Assembly: GCA_017541305.1 (NCBI GenBank)
Contig: JAFXZJ010000033.1
Coordinates: 25,978 to 89,977 of the forward strand
Direction of reading: 5' to 3'
Length of the DNA: 64,000 nt
Source of the DNA: Clostridia bacterium
GTDB taxonomy: Bacteria; Bacillota; Clostridia; Christensenellales; CAG-138
Each line of letters opens with the position of its first letter. Within the stretch, counting starts at the first letter, position 1. Both the position numbers and the translations under genes were made by a program. Below are positions 11,637 to 22,247 of this stretch, piece after piece. Under the pieces are notes generated by a model. That model saw only the letters and a list, made by a program, of their open reading frames with translations. It searched no databases and was not told the origin of the DNA.

Positions 11637-12371
11637 TCATATTATGCCGACGGCCTCTCCCAATACCTTGCCGATGGAATCGTGAATGACAAGATCGGCC
11701 ATGCTGTCATATGGGGTTGTGGATTTGTTTATAAGCACAAGCTTGTCGCCCCGGTAATACTCGATCAATCCGGCTGCGGGGTAGACCTGGAGGGAAGTAC
11801 CTCCGACAATAAGCATATCGGCGCGCATGATATGGGTTGCGGCGCCGTTAAGCGTTTCATAATCGAGCCCCTCCTCGTAAAGCACAACGTCAGGCTTAAC
11901 TATACCGCCGCATTTGGTGCAATGAGGCACGCCATCAGATGATGCGATAAATGCGTCGTCATAGAATGTGTGACAGCGCATACAGTAATTGCGCTTAATA
12001 GAGCCGTGCAGCTCATACACGTTCTTGCTGCCCGCCATCGTGTGAAGACCGTCGATGTTCTGAGTGCAGACGGCTGTCAGCTTGCCGAGACGCTCCAGAT
12101 CCGCAAGCGCGTAATGCGCGTTATTGGGCTTGGCGTCGCCGTTCATAAGCAGATCGCGGTAATACTTGAAGAAAACGTCCGTATGACGGTCGAAGAACGA
12201 GCGTGAAAGCAGCGTCTCGGGCGGGTAACCGTAATCGCGTATCGCCTTGAAAATGCCGTTCTCACTTCTGAAATCGGGGATACCGCTTTCGGTGGAGACT
12301 CCGGCGCCTCCAAGGAAAACTATGCGCCCGCTTTCCTTTATCATTTGTTTGAGTTTATCTATATCGGTCAT
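11637..12371 (-). CDS. cobB: NAD-dependent protein deacylase (Sir2/CobB family)
   Basis: GAGVSTESGIPDFRS, QNIDGLH, catalytic His in YELHGS, zinc ribbon CMRC...CTKCGG. Confidence 0.9.
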   Translation of the reverse strand: MTDIDKLKQMIKESGRIVFLGGAGVSTESGIPDFRSENGIFKAIRDYGYPPETLLSRSFFDRHTDVFFKYYRDLLMNGDAKPNNAHYALADLERLGKLTAVCTQNIDGLHTMAGSKNVYELHGSIKRNYCMRCHTFYDDAFIASSDGVPHCTKCGGIVKPDVVLYEEGLDYETLNGAATHIMRADMLIVGGTSLQVYPAAGLIEYYRGDKLVLINKSTTPYDSMADLVIHDSIGKVLGEAVGII

Positions 12372-12515
12372 GCCGCACCTCCTTTGTTTTATATATTAAT
12401 TATATTATACATAAAATACGTTCGGTGTCAATCTTTTTGAAATTATTTATTGTGGCTGTTGAAAAAGAGTCTCCGATATGGTAGTATTATGTCAACAAAT
12501 CAGGAGGTAATGATT

Positions 12516-13919
12516 ATGTCCCAATATGATTATGATATAGCTGTGCTGGGCGGCGGTCCCGGCGGTTACGTTGCGGCGATAAGGGCTGCGCAGCTTGGCA
12601 AAAAGGTTGCTCTTATTGAGGCGCGCGAGCTCGGCGGCACCTGCCTAAACCGCGGCTGCATCCCCACAAAGGCGCTGCTGCATGGAGCCGAGGTCTACGA
12701 ACAGACCGTCAACGCTTCCGTATTCGGCGTTAACGCGGCGGACATAAGCTATGATTATTCGAAAATGGCGGCTTATAAGCAGGCGACGGTCGACAAGCTC
12801 GTTTCCGGCATAGGTATGCTCGAAAAAGCGCACGGCGTGACCGTTATAAACGGTTTCGGACGACTGACCGACTCCCATACGCTTGACGTCGCACGATCGA
12901 ACGACGAGCATGTTTTTGTCTCTTTTGATAAGCTGATACTCGCGACTGGTTCTTCACCTGCCCGTCCTCCTATTGAGGGCATCGAAGGCCGAAATATCGT
13001 GACCTCCGACGACATACTTTCCATGACCGAGCTTCCCGAAAGCTTCGTTATAATCGGCGGCGGCGTAATAGGTATCGAATTCGCGACCCTCTTTGCCACG
13101 CTCGGCAAGCCCGTTACCGTCATCGAAATGATGCCCTCGATATTGCCGGGCGCCGATACGGATATCGTCCGCACGTGCATGCGCGTGCTCAAGAAAAAGA
13201 AGGTAACGATAGTCAACAACGCCAAGGTCACTAAGCTTGAGGGCGGCGATACCGTAACGGTCAGCTATGAGCTTAACGGCAAGATAAAGACCGCAGAGGG
13301 CGCTTGCTGCGTCGTTTCCGTCGGCAGAAAGGCGGAGACCCGCGGTATAGGCCTTGAGGAGATAGGCGTTGAGTTCAACCGCAGCTTCATTACGATCGAC
13401 GATCACTGCCGCACCAATATAGATAACATCTATGCAATAGGCGATATCACGGGCAAGATACAGCTTGCTCACGTAGCCTCCGCTCAGGGCCTCGTTGCTG
13501 CCGCCAACGCCGCCGGAGAGGACGAGGTGATGGATTACAGCGTCGTACCATCCTGCATCTATACAAGCCCCGAGATCGCGTTTGTCGGTGTTTCCGAGGA
13601 TAAGGCCAAGGCGCAGGGGATCGAGTATAAGCTTGGCACATTTAACGTTGCAGGCAACGGCAGGGCGATGGTCATGGGTGAGAACCTTGGCATAGTGAAG
13701 CTTATCTCCGATATGGACGGCAAGCTTATAGGCGCACAGCTCATGTGCCCCAGAGCGACAGACATGATCGCAGAGCTTGCGGCTGTGATGAAGCTTGGCG
13801 GCTCGGTCAAGGATATAGCCGATACCATACATCCGCATCCCACCGTTTCCGAGTGCGTGATGGAAGCGGCGCATGACTGGGAAGGGCTTTGCTGTCACGG
13901 AATACCCAAAAAGAAATAA
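12516..13919 (+). CDS. lpd: dihydrolipoyl dehydrogenase
   Basis: FAD motif GGGPGGYVAAIRAAQLG, redox disulfide CLNRGCIPTK, C-terminal HPHPTVSE. ATG at 12516 sits 8 nt after AGGAGG; the ORF-track start at 12450 is an over-extension. Confidence 0.9.
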   Translation: MSQYDYDIAVLGGGPGGYVAAIRAAQLGKKVALIEARELGGTCLNRGCIPTKALLHGAEVYEQTVNASVFGVNAADISYDYSKMAAYKQATVDKLVSGIGMLEKAHGVTVINGFGRLTDSHTLDVARSNDEHVFVSFDKLILATGSSPARPPIEGIEGRNIVTSDDILSMTELPESFVIIGGGVIGIEFATLFATLGKPVTVIEMMPSILPGADTDIVRTCMRVLKKKKVTIVNNAKVTKLEGGDTVTVSYELNGKIKTAEGACCVVSVGRKAETRGIGLEEIGVEFNRSFITIDDHCRTNIDNIYAIGDITGKIQLAHVASAQGLVAAANAAGEDEVMDYSVVPSCIYTSPEIAFVGVSEDKAKAQGIEYKLGTFNVAGNGRAMVMGENLGIVKLISDMDGKLIGAQLMCPRATDMIAELAAVMKLGGSVKDIADTIHPHPTVSECVMEAAHDWEGLCCHGIPKKK

Positions 13920-13935
13920 GCATATAATAAGAATT

Positions 13936-13970
13936 GCCCGGGAATTAACATGATTCCCGGGCGGTTTTTT
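13936..13970 (+). terminator. rho-independent terminator
   Basis: 10-bp stem GCCCGGGAAT/ATTCCCGGGC followed by GGTTTTTT. Confidence 0.7.
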
Positions 13971-14541
13971 ATGTGACAGGATCGTTTTCAGCCAGATGCT
14001 TTGCCGTTATCAGATCGGAAACGAAATCGTTCGTAAGCTCTTCCCGGCGCAGCAGCGCCGCCGGATGATAAGTCGGAAGCACGAGGAACGCTCCGAGCTT
14101 TTTCACCTGACCGCGCTGACGCGAGATCTGAATATCCCTGTCATAAACATATCTTGCCGAAATGCGGCCGAGGCATACTATGACCTTGGGGCGAACGAGC
14201 GCGATCTGTGCGCGAAGATAGGGAAGGCATGCGTCCGCTTCGTCGGGGAAGGGGTCTCGATTCTGCGGAGGACGGCATTTTACAACGTTGCAGATATAGA
14301 TGCTTTTGCGGTCAAGGCCGGCTTCCTCAAGCAAATAGTTGAAAAGCCTTCCCGCGGCGCCGACGAACGGGACGCCCTGTTCGTCCTCTTCGCGTCCGGG
14401 ACCTTCGCCGATGAACATTATGTCGGCATGCGGATCGCCGTCGGAGATGACGATATTCGTGCGAGTTTCACAAAGCCTGCATTTGGTGCAGACCTTAAGA
14501 TCGGCATAGAGCGTATTCCAATCGAATCTTAAAACAGCCAT
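13969..14541 (-). CDS. uracil-DNA glycosylase, family 4 (Fe-S type)
   Basis: Cys cluster CTKCRLC, motif [27 protein letters not shown]. Start ATG overlaps the alr stop (TAATG). Confidence 0.88.
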   Translation of the reverse strand: MAVLRFDWNTLYADLKVCTKCRLCETRTNIVISDGDPHADIMFIGEGPGREEDEQGVPFVGAAGRLFNYLLEEAGLDRKSIYICNVVKCRPPQNRDPFPDEADACLPYLRAQIALVRPKVIVCLGRISARYVYDRDIQISRQRGQVKKLGAFLVLPTYHPAALLRREELTNDFVSDLITAKHLAENDPVT

Positions 14542-15704
14542 TATCTGTTGAGATAGAAAGTGTGGGCGCGCCTTGAGATATCGCAGGTGACCTCATAGTT
14601 GATGGTGTTGACCATGATCGAAACTTCTTCGGCGGAAATGCCGCCCTTACCAAATATGACGACCTCATCCCCGCGCTTGACGTCCGAGCCGGTAACGTCG
14701 CACATGCACATATCCATGCAAACGCGGCCTATCTGGGGGAAGCGCTGACCGTTGATAGTCATGATAGCTTGGTTTGTGAGGCGCCTGGGGAAACCGTCGG
14801 CATAGCCGATTGAGATAACGGCCACCTTCATGTCATGCTCGGCCTTAAATAGCCTGCCATAGCTTATAGTGGAGCCCGCGGGGATATCGCGCACCAGCGC
14901 AACTCGGGATTTGAGCGTCATTACGGGCTTTAACGGACCTTCCTGCGGCTGAGAATTGGGGTACATGCCGTAAAGTATGATACCTTCACGCACATAATCG
15001 AAATGCAGCTCCGGATATTCCATTATGGCAGCGGAATTGGAAACGTGGCATTTTTCTATATGTATGCCGCGGGCGATAAGGCCGTTGCGCACGTCGCAGT
15101 AGTTTTTGTACTGAGCCTTGGTATAATCAAGCTGCTCGGGCACGTCGGCAACGGCGAAATGAGTATAGAGGCCCACAACGTTAAGATGCGGCAGATTGTA
15201 GATATGTTCAGCATCGTCTATCGCCTTGTCGATCACCTTGCGTCCGCCGATATGACCGTGCGCATAGAGGCCGATACGGCCCATGCCTGTATCGATCTTG
15301 ATATGCACCTTGATGCGCACGTGAGCGTCCTCAGCGGCCTTGTTGAGCTCGTCGGCATGCGTGACGTCAACGACGGTCTGCTCGAGATCGTAATACGATA
15401 GCTCCTTGACGAAGAGCGCGGGGGTATAGCCGAGTATGAGTATGGGGATAGTTATCCCGTTTTCGCGGAGCTCGAGCGCTTCCTCGATACAGGCGACGGC
15501 AAACATATCCGCGCCGTTATCCTGAAGATACTTGCCGCATTCAACGGCGCCGTGACCGTAGGCGTCGCCCTTGATGACGCAGATAACGGGCTTGCCGGAT
15601 ATCTTTTTGGCGTATTCGAGATTGGATTTCATGGCGGCCAGGTCGATCTCGGCCCAGGTGCGATAGCGAAGGTTGTTTTGGAAGGTGACGTTATGAACGA
15701 ACAT
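14541..15704 (-). CDS. alr: alanine racemase
   Basis: PLP-lysine motif VIKGDAYGHG. 387 aa. C-terminal beta-domain motif YGRLF. Confidence 0.9.
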   Translation of the reverse strand: MFVHNVTFQNNLRYRTWAEIDLAAMKSNLEYAKKISGKPVICVIKGDAYGHGAVECGKYLQDNGADMFAVACIEEALELRENGITIPILILGYTPALFVKELSYYDLEQTVVDVTHADELNKAAEDAHVRIKVHIKIDTGMGRIGLYAHGHIGGRKVIDKAIDDAEHIYNLPHLNVVGLYTHFAVADVPEQLDYTKAQYKNYCDVRNGLIARGIHIEKCHVSNSAAIMEYPELHFDYVREGIILYGMYPNSQPQEGPLKPVMTLKSRVALVRDIPAGSTISYGRLFKAEHDMKVAVISIGYADGFPRRLTNQAIMTINGQRFPQIGRVCMDMCMCDVTGSDVKRGDEVVIFGKGGISAEEVSIMVNTINYEVTCDISRRAHTFYLNR

Positions 15705-15717
15705 TTTGATGCCTCTC

Positions 15718-16791
15718 TTATTCTATATAGGATCTGTCAACGTATTTGCTTGTGAAAAGATGCAGGAGCGCGCCGTAATCGGGTATGAAGCGGACTATAT
15801 CGCCCACATTAAGGTCCTGCCTGCAATCGGTAAGATTGACGATCAGATGATCGGAGCTTGCGCCGATGATCTCGATATCGGGATCAAGCGGAGTAAGCCC
15901 GTCGATCGTCACGTCCTGGCGGCCTATCCCGAGTATCGCGCGTTTCATTATGCCACGGTCAGGGTATTCAAGATACTCGCCGAAAGCGTTGGGACCGGAC
16001 TTGCCGATGGGCTTTGAGGGTTTATCCTTCAGCTCGACTATTTCGGCCTCAAGAACAAAGCAATCGGTATTAAGACCCTCCACTGGCTTGCCGGTCGCCG
16101 TGTCGTTGCCGAGTACGAAGCTTTCGCCAAGGCGAAGATGGTTTATGCCCTTTGGAACGCTGTGATCCATCAGCATGCCCATCGTGGATGAATTGCCTCC
16201 GGAAATAACGGGGATGGGGGAGTGGAGCTCCTTCCTCAGCTTATCGGCAATGGCAACAAGCCCTCCCAGATTGTTTTCGTCGGGAAGTATGCCGCCGTAG
16301 CAGGTGAGGTTCACGCCTATACCGTAAAGCTCGAGATTCCCGGCGTCGTTTACGAATCTTGCCGTATCGAGTATCGTTTCGCTGTCGGTGTTTAATATGC
16401 CCTCGCGAAGATCGCCCATGTCGATCATGAGAATGATCTTGTGGATCGTACCGAGCTTTTTTGCCGCTTCGTTGAGCATCTTTAACGTTTCAAGCTCGCT
16501 CTGCATAGAGATATCGGCACAGCGCACGATCTTTTCCGCTTCGGACTGCATGCCTATCCTCAGAAGGAGCTTGGGCTTATCGGTCTTCATACCGGCAAGA
16601 TTCTGCGTGCGCGAATCGGCAAGCATATCAGCGGAGCTCTCATTTATCAGCTCCACGATACGTTCATCGGCGCAGAAGACCTTTGTGACGATAGCCGTCA
16701 TAATGCCCTGCTCATGACAAAGCGAAGTCAGAAAGTTAAGATTTTCTTTAAGTTTTTTTAAGTTTACGGATATCCTTGGATACATATTCAC
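15718..16791 (-). CDS. orr: alanine-racemase-fold PLP enzyme, probable ornithine racemase
   Basis: TIM-barrel racemase N-terminal pattern. 357 aa. Sits at the distal end of the ornithine aminomutase cluster, as orr does in described clusters. Confidence 0.75.
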   Translation of the reverse strand: MNMYPRISVNLKKLKENLNFLTSLCHEQGIMTAIVTKVFCADERIVELINESSADMLADSRTQNLAGMKTDKPKLLLRIGMQSEAEKIVRCADISMQSELETLKMLNEAAKKLGTIHKIILMIDMGDLREGILNTDSETILDTARFVNDAGNLELYGIGVNLTCYGGILPDENNLGGLVAIADKLRKELHSPIPVISGGNSSTMGMLMDHSVPKGINHLRLGESFVLGNDTATGKPVEGLNTDCFVLEAEIVELKDKPSKPIGKSGPNAFGEYLEYPDRGIMKRAILGIGRQDVTIDGLTPLDPDIEIIGASSDHLIVNLTDCRQDLNVGDIVRFIPDYGALLHLFTSKYVDRSYIE

Positions 16792-16798
16792 TCCTGAT

Positions 16799-18163
16799 CT
16801 ATTCGATCCCGAGACTTTGCTTCATGAGAAGAAGCGCGGCTTCGGGGAACTGTTTTGAAAGCACGCCGAGCGAAGCCATTATATAGTGATCGTCATACAG
16901 CAGCCTGAGTATTGAAGGTTTCGGGAAAAGCATCATGCCGTTTTCGTTGCTGTCGGCGATCCTGCGCATAATGTTCTCTCTGTCGGGAAGCCTCGTAAGC
17001 GCGCCGCCGGTAGCGACGAGATATTTGAGTATTGAAAGGTCTTTGCCCTCGGCAATGGTCTGGCGTCCTCGGGGCGTATATATGTATCTGAGTGCGCCGG
17101 CGTGTCGTGCGACGGATACGAGCCCGGCTTCCAGGCATAGGCGCTGAGTAAGCTTAAACTGTTCCTCGGTATCCGGAATGGGCTTGTAATGCTTCATTAC
17201 TTCCTCGATATCTAGGCCGAGCTCCTTTTGAAGCTTTTCTTCGCCGATAATGTTTATCACGTTGCGCGCGTTGACAAACATGCCCAGGTCGCCTTCGACC
17301 GTGCGCTTTGCAAAGGGTTCGGGCGTGGTCTGGATGGTTGCGATCTCATCGGAACCCGCAGTTACGGAATGCACGTCGGTGGTCGCTCCGCCTATATCTA
17401 TCACGGCCAGGTCGCCCAAATAGGAATAGAGCAGCTGCGCGGATTCCATGACGGCGCCGGGCGTGGGGATGATATTTCCCTTGACCATATCACGCACGTG
17501 CTCCATGCCCGCGGCTCTAACTATATGCTCCTCGAAAACCTTGTGTATGATCTTTCTTGCCGGCTCGATATTGAGCAGATCGAGCTTGGGGTATACGTTT
17601 TCCGTAATATAAACGGGTATTCCGGCGTCCTTGAAAAGGTTTTCGATTATATGATGATTCTGAATATTCCCGGCATAGATCACGGGAGCTTTGATGCCGG
17701 AGGCCAAAATCTTTTTTGCGTTCTCAACGGCCGTTTCGCGCTCGCCGTAATCGGTGCCGCCCGCAAGAAGTATAAGGTTGGGGTCGATCGCCTTAACGTC
17801 CTCGATATCGTAATCGGACATTATTCCGGCTGTGGCGTGCTTTATTATCGCGCCTGCGCCAAGCGCGGCGGCACGCGCCGCCTTGACGGTCATATCGTAA
17901 ACAAGGCCGTGAACCGTCATTCGAAGGCCGCCCGCCGCGCTGGATGTGGCGAACGCTATGCCGTAATCAAGATCATTTGAGCCAAGGTTTTTTGCAAGAT
18001 CATCCTTTGCCGCAGATAAGCCAATGCGCACGTCGCCCTCCAGAACCGAGGTCGGCGCCTGACCCTGACCGATAAAACGCGGCGAATCGGTGTCAATGCC
18101 CGAAAAAGCATTGACCAAAGTCGTTGTGGATCCTATTTCGTAAACGAGTACATCAACAAACAT
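16799..18163 (-). CDS. GlmL/MutL-family protein (putative aminomutase reactivase/chaperone)
   Basis: N-terminal EIGSTTT and internal DIGGATTD motifs of the actin/Hsp70-like fold. Located immediately downstream of oraE. Confidence 0.7.
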   Translation of the reverse strand: MFVDVLVYEIGSTTTLVNAFSGIDTDSPRFIGQGQAPTSVLEGDVRIGLSAAKDDLAKNLGSNDLDYGIAFATSSAAGGLRMTVHGLVYDMTVKAARAAALGAGAIIKHATAGIMSDYDIEDVKAIDPNLILLAGGTDYGERETAVENAKKILASGIKAPVIYAGNIQNHHIIENLFKDAGIPVYITENVYPKLDLLNIEPARKIIHKVFEEHIVRAAGMEHVRDMVKGNIIPTPGAVMESAQLLYSYLGDLAVIDIGGATTDVHSVTAGSDEIATIQTTPEPFAKRTVEGDLGMFVNARNVINIIGEEKLQKELGLDIEEVMKHYKPIPDTEEQFKLTQRLCLEAGLVSVARHAGALRYIYTPRGRQTIAEGKDLSILKYLVATGGALTRLPDRENIMRRIADSNENGMMLFPKPSILRLLYDDHYIMASLGVLSKQFPEAALLLMKQSLGIE

Positions 18164-18230
18164 AAATCACTCTCACAAACGGGAACCGCCGTATAAACAG
18201 CGGCTCCCGCGTTAAATTCAGAGCAGGTAA

Positions 18231-20456
18231 TTACATCTTACCTTCCTTTTCCATTTCCCATCTCTTCTTAACAAGGAAGGTGGCGTTATGCACGCCGTGG
18301 CTGCCGCGGCCGAAGCCTTCGTCGGCGCCGGCTTTCCTTGCAAGCTCGGGAGTTACCTGGGTGCCGCCCGCGATGAATATGATCTTATCGCGTATGCCCA
18401 TCTCACGGCAAAGCTGATCGATCTTGGCGATATTCTTATAGTGGATATCGTCGTGGCTGATGATAGTCGAAGCCATGATAGCGTCGGCGTGAGTTTCGAT
18501 AGCCGCATTGACTAGCTTCTCGGGCGGGCAGGAGGTGCCGAGGTAAACGACCTCCATACCGTACTTCTCGATACCGCCGTGCTTTATATCGATTATCTCA
18601 CGAAGGCCGACGGAATGCTCATCCTCGCCGACGGTCGCGGCAACGATCTTCATGGGCCTGCGCTCGATATCCGCACGGATCTCCGCATCGGAGAGCACGT
18701 CGGGCTCCTTGGGTATCACAAGCGAATCAACGTCAATCTCAAAGGGCACCTTGCCCTTGACCTCGATACGGGTGCCGTCCTGGGGATGCATGATCTCCTT
18801 GGAAATGACCTCGCACTCGGTCAGGTTCATGCGCTTGGCGCATTCGAGGGCCGCAGCTTCGGCGATCTGTTTGGGAGCGGGGAAGAACATGGTGAGCATG
18901 ACGGTGCCGTCGGCAAGCCACTCCATCTCGGGACGGATCTTTTTGCCGCCGGGAGTGAATTCCTTTGTCTCGGCCATACGGACGTTGACGTTGTCGTTAT
19001 CGTCCAGCTCGTCGATATAGATAATCTTATCGGGGCATTCAAGCGTGCAGCCGCCTATGAGCGCCGCGGGATCGGCGGGATCGCCGCCGTACTGCTCGAC
19101 GTTGTTATAGCCGTAATGAGCGGTAACGGGAGCCATATAAGCTTTGTCGCGCTTCACGATGGTGCCGGCGCCTATGCCGCCGTTGATCTTACGTGCGATG
19201 CCGTCGCCATTGCGCTCGGGATAGATGCCGGAGTCAACGAAGAAGCCTTCCTCGACCGATGCGAAATAGCCGCCCAGCTCGAGCATCTCCTCCATGAACA
19301 TAACGGCCCTTTCCTTGAGCTCGCGGGCTTTCTCGCGAAGGTATCCGTCCTTCTTGAGCTCGACCATTTCCATCAGGCCGTCCATGCCGATCAGCGCCTG
19401 CTTTGCGGTGTCACAAGCCTCGATATTGTAGATATGCCAGGGCACGTTGCGGCCTTCGTCGGGCGTGATGGTGGACTGGATATCAGCGCTCGTCAGCTTG
19501 GAAATTACCATATTGAGCACGTGCGTCACGGTCGCCTCGCGCGTGGAGGATTCGATGTATTTGGTGTTCATCTGAGCCCTCATGCGGTACTCGTGGAAGA
19601 GATCGCGCAGCGCCACAGCATAGGGAAGATCCATGTGGATACAGGGCGCGGGAGTGGCGGTGGGAGGAACGGTGGAAAGGCAGATGTTCTTTTTGGGAAC
19701 GCCGACCCTTGCGGAGAATATGGCGTTTATGCCGTGCTGTACCATCAGCTCGGGCATTACCTTCCATGCTTCACGCGCAGTGGCGTTCGCGTTATGCGCG
19801 CCGTCGATCTGCGCCATGCCCGCCCACGCGATAAGCTTTTTGGACTCGCACGCGTCGACGAAGGAGCGGATCATATTGATATTGCGGTAAATGACGTTGT
19901 ACTGCGGATCCTGGTGTACGCCGTTGACGCCTTCCTCGGCGAACATTACGGCGATATCGGGACCGGCAACGCCGGAAACATAACTGTGGTAATTGATGGG
20001 CCTGCCGACCTCATCCTCGATCATATCGAGCGCTTTGCGCTGTGCCCTGACCTGTTTGCGCGTGATGGGAACGCCGCCCATGCCCTGAGGAGTGCCCTCG
20101 ATAAGGCCGTCAAAATGGCTCTGACCCGCGGTGCGGATGACCATGATATGATCTGCGCCGTGGTGTGCGGCCATGCGCATACGGCGGATATCGTCCTCAA
20201 AGCGGCCGGATGCTATCTCCGTCGTGATAACGGGAGCGGGCTGCGGATCGATATCTCCGAAATAATGAGCGGGAGGCAGGGGAACGGAACGCTTCAAGGG
20301 CTCCGTCGCATCCTGATACACGAAAGGCCCCATGTGCAGATTGGGAACGGGCTTGCGCCACGTCCAGCCCCTGCGGCGGGGACGGTACTTATCGAGATCC
20401 TTAAGTATCTCGGCTACGTTGATGGGTGCATCGGGAGTAAGTTTATAGTCGCTCAT
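18231..20456 (-). CDS. oraE: D-ornithine 4,5-aminomutase, large (beta/E) subunit
   Basis: 741 aa. C-terminal B12-binding DxHxxG motif (GEDEHSVGL). Start overlaps the oraS stop. Confidence 0.88.
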   Translation of the reverse strand: MSDYKLTPDAPINVAEILKDLDKYRPRRRGWTWRKPVPNLHMGPFVYQDATEPLKRSVPLPPAHYFGDIDPQPAPVITTEIASGRFEDDIRRMRMAAHHGADHIMVIRTAGQSHFDGLIEGTPQGMGGVPITRKQVRAQRKALDMIEDEVGRPINYHSYVSGVAGPDIAVMFAEEGVNGVHQDPQYNVIYRNINMIRSFVDACESKKLIAWAGMAQIDGAHNANATAREAWKVMPELMVQHGINAIFSARVGVPKKNICLSTVPPTATPAPCIHMDLPYAVALRDLFHEYRMRAQMNTKYIESSTREATVTHVLNMVISKLTSADIQSTITPDEGRNVPWHIYNIEACDTAKQALIGMDGLMEMVELKKDGYLREKARELKERAVMFMEEMLELGGYFASVEEGFFVDSGIYPERNGDGIARKINGGIGAGTIVKRDKAYMAPVTAHYGYNNVEQYGGDPADPAALIGGCTLECPDKIIYIDELDDNDNVNVRMAETKEFTPGGKKIRPEMEWLADGTVMLTMFFPAPKQIAEAAALECAKRMNLTECEVISKEIMHPQDGTRIEVKGKVPFEIDVDSLVIPKEPDVLSDAEIRADIERRPMKIVAATVGEDEHSVGLREIIDIKHGGIEKYGMEVVYLGTSCPPEKLVNAAIETHADAIMASTIISHDDIHYKNIAKIDQLCREMGIRDKIIFIAGGTQVTPELARKAGADEGFGRGSHGVHNATFLVKKRWEMEKEGKM

Positions 20457-20821
20457 TATTCATTACCTCCCTTGAAAAGATCGGCTGCCTCATCCCAGAG
20501 ATTGCCGTTGACGAGTTCAAGACCTGCAGGACGGATATCCATTCCCTTGGCCTTGGCAAGACGGTAAACGACGTTGCCCGCGCCGTAGCACATAAGCGAA
20601 CGCTCCACACAGCCCTCGACGATGGCCTTGGCCTCGATGGAGGAGAAGCCCATCCTCAAAAGGACGGAACGCTCGATTGCGGGGGAAGTGTACTCCTTGC
20701 CCATTTCAAGCAGGGGATCGACAAGCTTGTTGGCAAGCTCCCAGAAACGGGCTTCAAGCTGCTCGTCGGTCAAGTCCTTAAGATGTTCATGGCGATTTGA
20801 AAAATCGTCCTCGCGTTTCAT
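20456..20821 (-). CDS. oraS: D-ornithine 4,5-aminomutase, small (alpha/S) subunit
   Basis: 121 aa. One-base overlap with oraE. Position and size match oraS. Confidence 0.8.
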   Translation of the reverse strand: MKREDDFSNRHEHLKDLTDEQLEARFWELANKLVDPLLEMGKEYTSPAIERSVLLRMGFSSIEAKAIVEGCVERSLMCYGAGNVVYRLAKAKGMDIRPAGLELVNGNLWDEAADLFKGGNE

Positions 20822-20852
20822 AAATAAGATCCTCCGTGTGTGTATTTGTGGT

Positions 20853-22247
20853 TTACAGCGCCGCTACGGCGTTCCTTACGAATTCCTCGGAGGAATTCGT
20901 TTCCTCCATGAGGAACTTGATATCCTCATCGGTGAGCTCGTCCTTGTGAGTGCCGACGGCTCTCTTGATGCGGCTCCTGCGCATATGGTCAAGATCAAGA
21001 TCGGTGACCTGAATGAGCGAGGGATGCGCGGGAAGTATTATGCTCTTGCCGGGGACTTCGTCCTTGGGATCGCCGAATCGGATATCTATGCCGTTTTGAC
21101 GAGCGAAGGAAAGCTGTGGATTGATGTGCTTGCCTGCGCCGGTGTATTCGGTCTCCTGCACGACGATGCACTGATCGCGGTCAAGATCCTGAGCAAGACG
21201 GAATGCAGCGGCGAGCGAGGTGTTGCCTGCGGGACCCTTTTCAAGACCCTCAAGGGAAGCAAGACATTCGGTGATGAAGAACACGCTGCCCTGAGTGACG
21301 GTCACGTATCTGTCCATATAGCGCAGTGGCCTTGCGGCGGAACGGGGCACGTCGGAATGGTCGGGATTGACGGAATAGGGCACGCCGAAGCCCGTATGAC
21401 CGGTGGTGAAGCTCTTCTTGTTGAACTGAGCGTCGCTAGCCATATGCAGACCGGAAAGATTGACGGAAGCGGCTATTACCTTGGCATTGCAGCCGGCCTT
21501 GCGAAGGCCCCTTGCGGTGCCGGTAAGGTTGCCGCCGCCCGCGTTGGTGCAAACGACAACGTCGGGATCTTTGCCGATCTTGGCGCGGAACTGCTCGGCG
21601 ATCTCATAGCCCAAGGTCTCGACGCCTGCGATGCCGAAGGGAGTGTAGAGCGAAGCGTTGAAATAACCCGTCTCCTCAAGAAGCTGGAGCACCGTGGAGA
21701 ACAGCTCGGGACCGACGGTCAGCTGCACCACTTCGGCGCCCAAAGCTTCGCACTTGCGCGCTTTTTCGATTATCTCGGGCTGACCTACGCCCTTGGAATC
21801 GTAGCATTCCTGAACGACGATGCATTTAAGCCCCGCCATAGCCGCACAGCAGGCAACGGCGGCGCCGTAATTGCCGCTGGTAGCAGTGACGACGCCCTTA
21901 TAGCCAAGCTTCTTGGCCTGGTAAACGCTTGTGCAGGCGCGCCTTGCCTTGAAGGAGCCGGAGGGGTTCGAGGCTTCGTCCTTTATGAAAATGCGGGCGC
22001 CCTTGCCTTCGGGAGCGCATTTTCTGGCTAACTCGGTGAGATTTTTAAGCTCGATCAGGGGAGTGTTGCCAATGGAGAAAAGGGACTGAACGCGTCTGAT
22101 CTCGTCGATGGTATAGCCGGTGGCTTCCATCATAGCCTCGTAATCAAAGCCGATGCCGGGCTTTTCGAACTTTTCGAAGTCCATGCCGACGGCATTCTTG
22201 ATTATCTCGTTTTTACGGGCCATTATCGCATCATAGCTGTTATCCAT
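20853..22247 (-). CDS. ortB: 2-amino-4-ketopentanoate thiolase, beta subunit (PLP, Trp-synthase-beta fold)
   Basis: PLP-lysine motif SGSFKARRA. 464 aa. One-base overlap with ortA. Confidence 0.85.
   Translation of the reverse strand: MDNSYDAIMARKNEIIKNAVGMDFEKFEKPGIGFDYEAMMEATGYTIDEIRRVQSLFSIGNTPLIELKNLTELARKCAPEGKGARIFIKDEASNPSGSFKARRACTSVYQAKKLGYKGVVTATSGNYGAAVACCAAMAGLKCIVVQECYDSKGVGQPEIIEKARKCEALGAEVVQLTVGPELFSTVLQLLEETGYFNASLYTPFGIAGVETLGYEIAEQFRAKIGKDPDVVVCTNAGGGNLTGTARGLRKAGCNAKVIAASVNLSGLHMASDAQFNKKSFTTGHTGFGVPYSVNPDHSDVPRSAARPLRYMDRYVTVTQGSVFFITECLASLEGLEKGPAGNTSLAAAFRLAQDLDRDQCIVVQETEYTGAGKHINPQLSFARQNGIDIRFGDPKDEVPGKSIILPAHPSLIQVTDLDLDHMRRSRIKRAVGTHKDELTDEDIKFLMEETNSSEEFVRNAVAAL

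Noticed and set aside
11637-12371. Sir2-domain gene as a possible defence-associated SIR2 NADase
   Set aside because: It has the canonical sirtuin layout (GAGVSTESGIPDFRS, catalytic His, CxxC...CxxC zinc ribbon) and a size of 244 aa. It is monocistronic, has no partner genes typical of defence systems, and looks like the housekeeping CobB deacylase. The divergent orphan lpd next to it shows no evident functional link.
18579-22031. Long plus-strand ORFs (662 aa and 469 aa) antisense to oraE, oraS and ortB. Similar cases occur at 6422-7804, 12954-13898, 22325-23467, 37746-39395 and 42801-44069.
   Set aside because: The explanation is the same: GC3-rich sense genes with clear family motifs leave stop-free antisense frames. 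The antisense products are Gly/Ala/Arg/His-rich with no recognisable domains or ribosome-binding sites.
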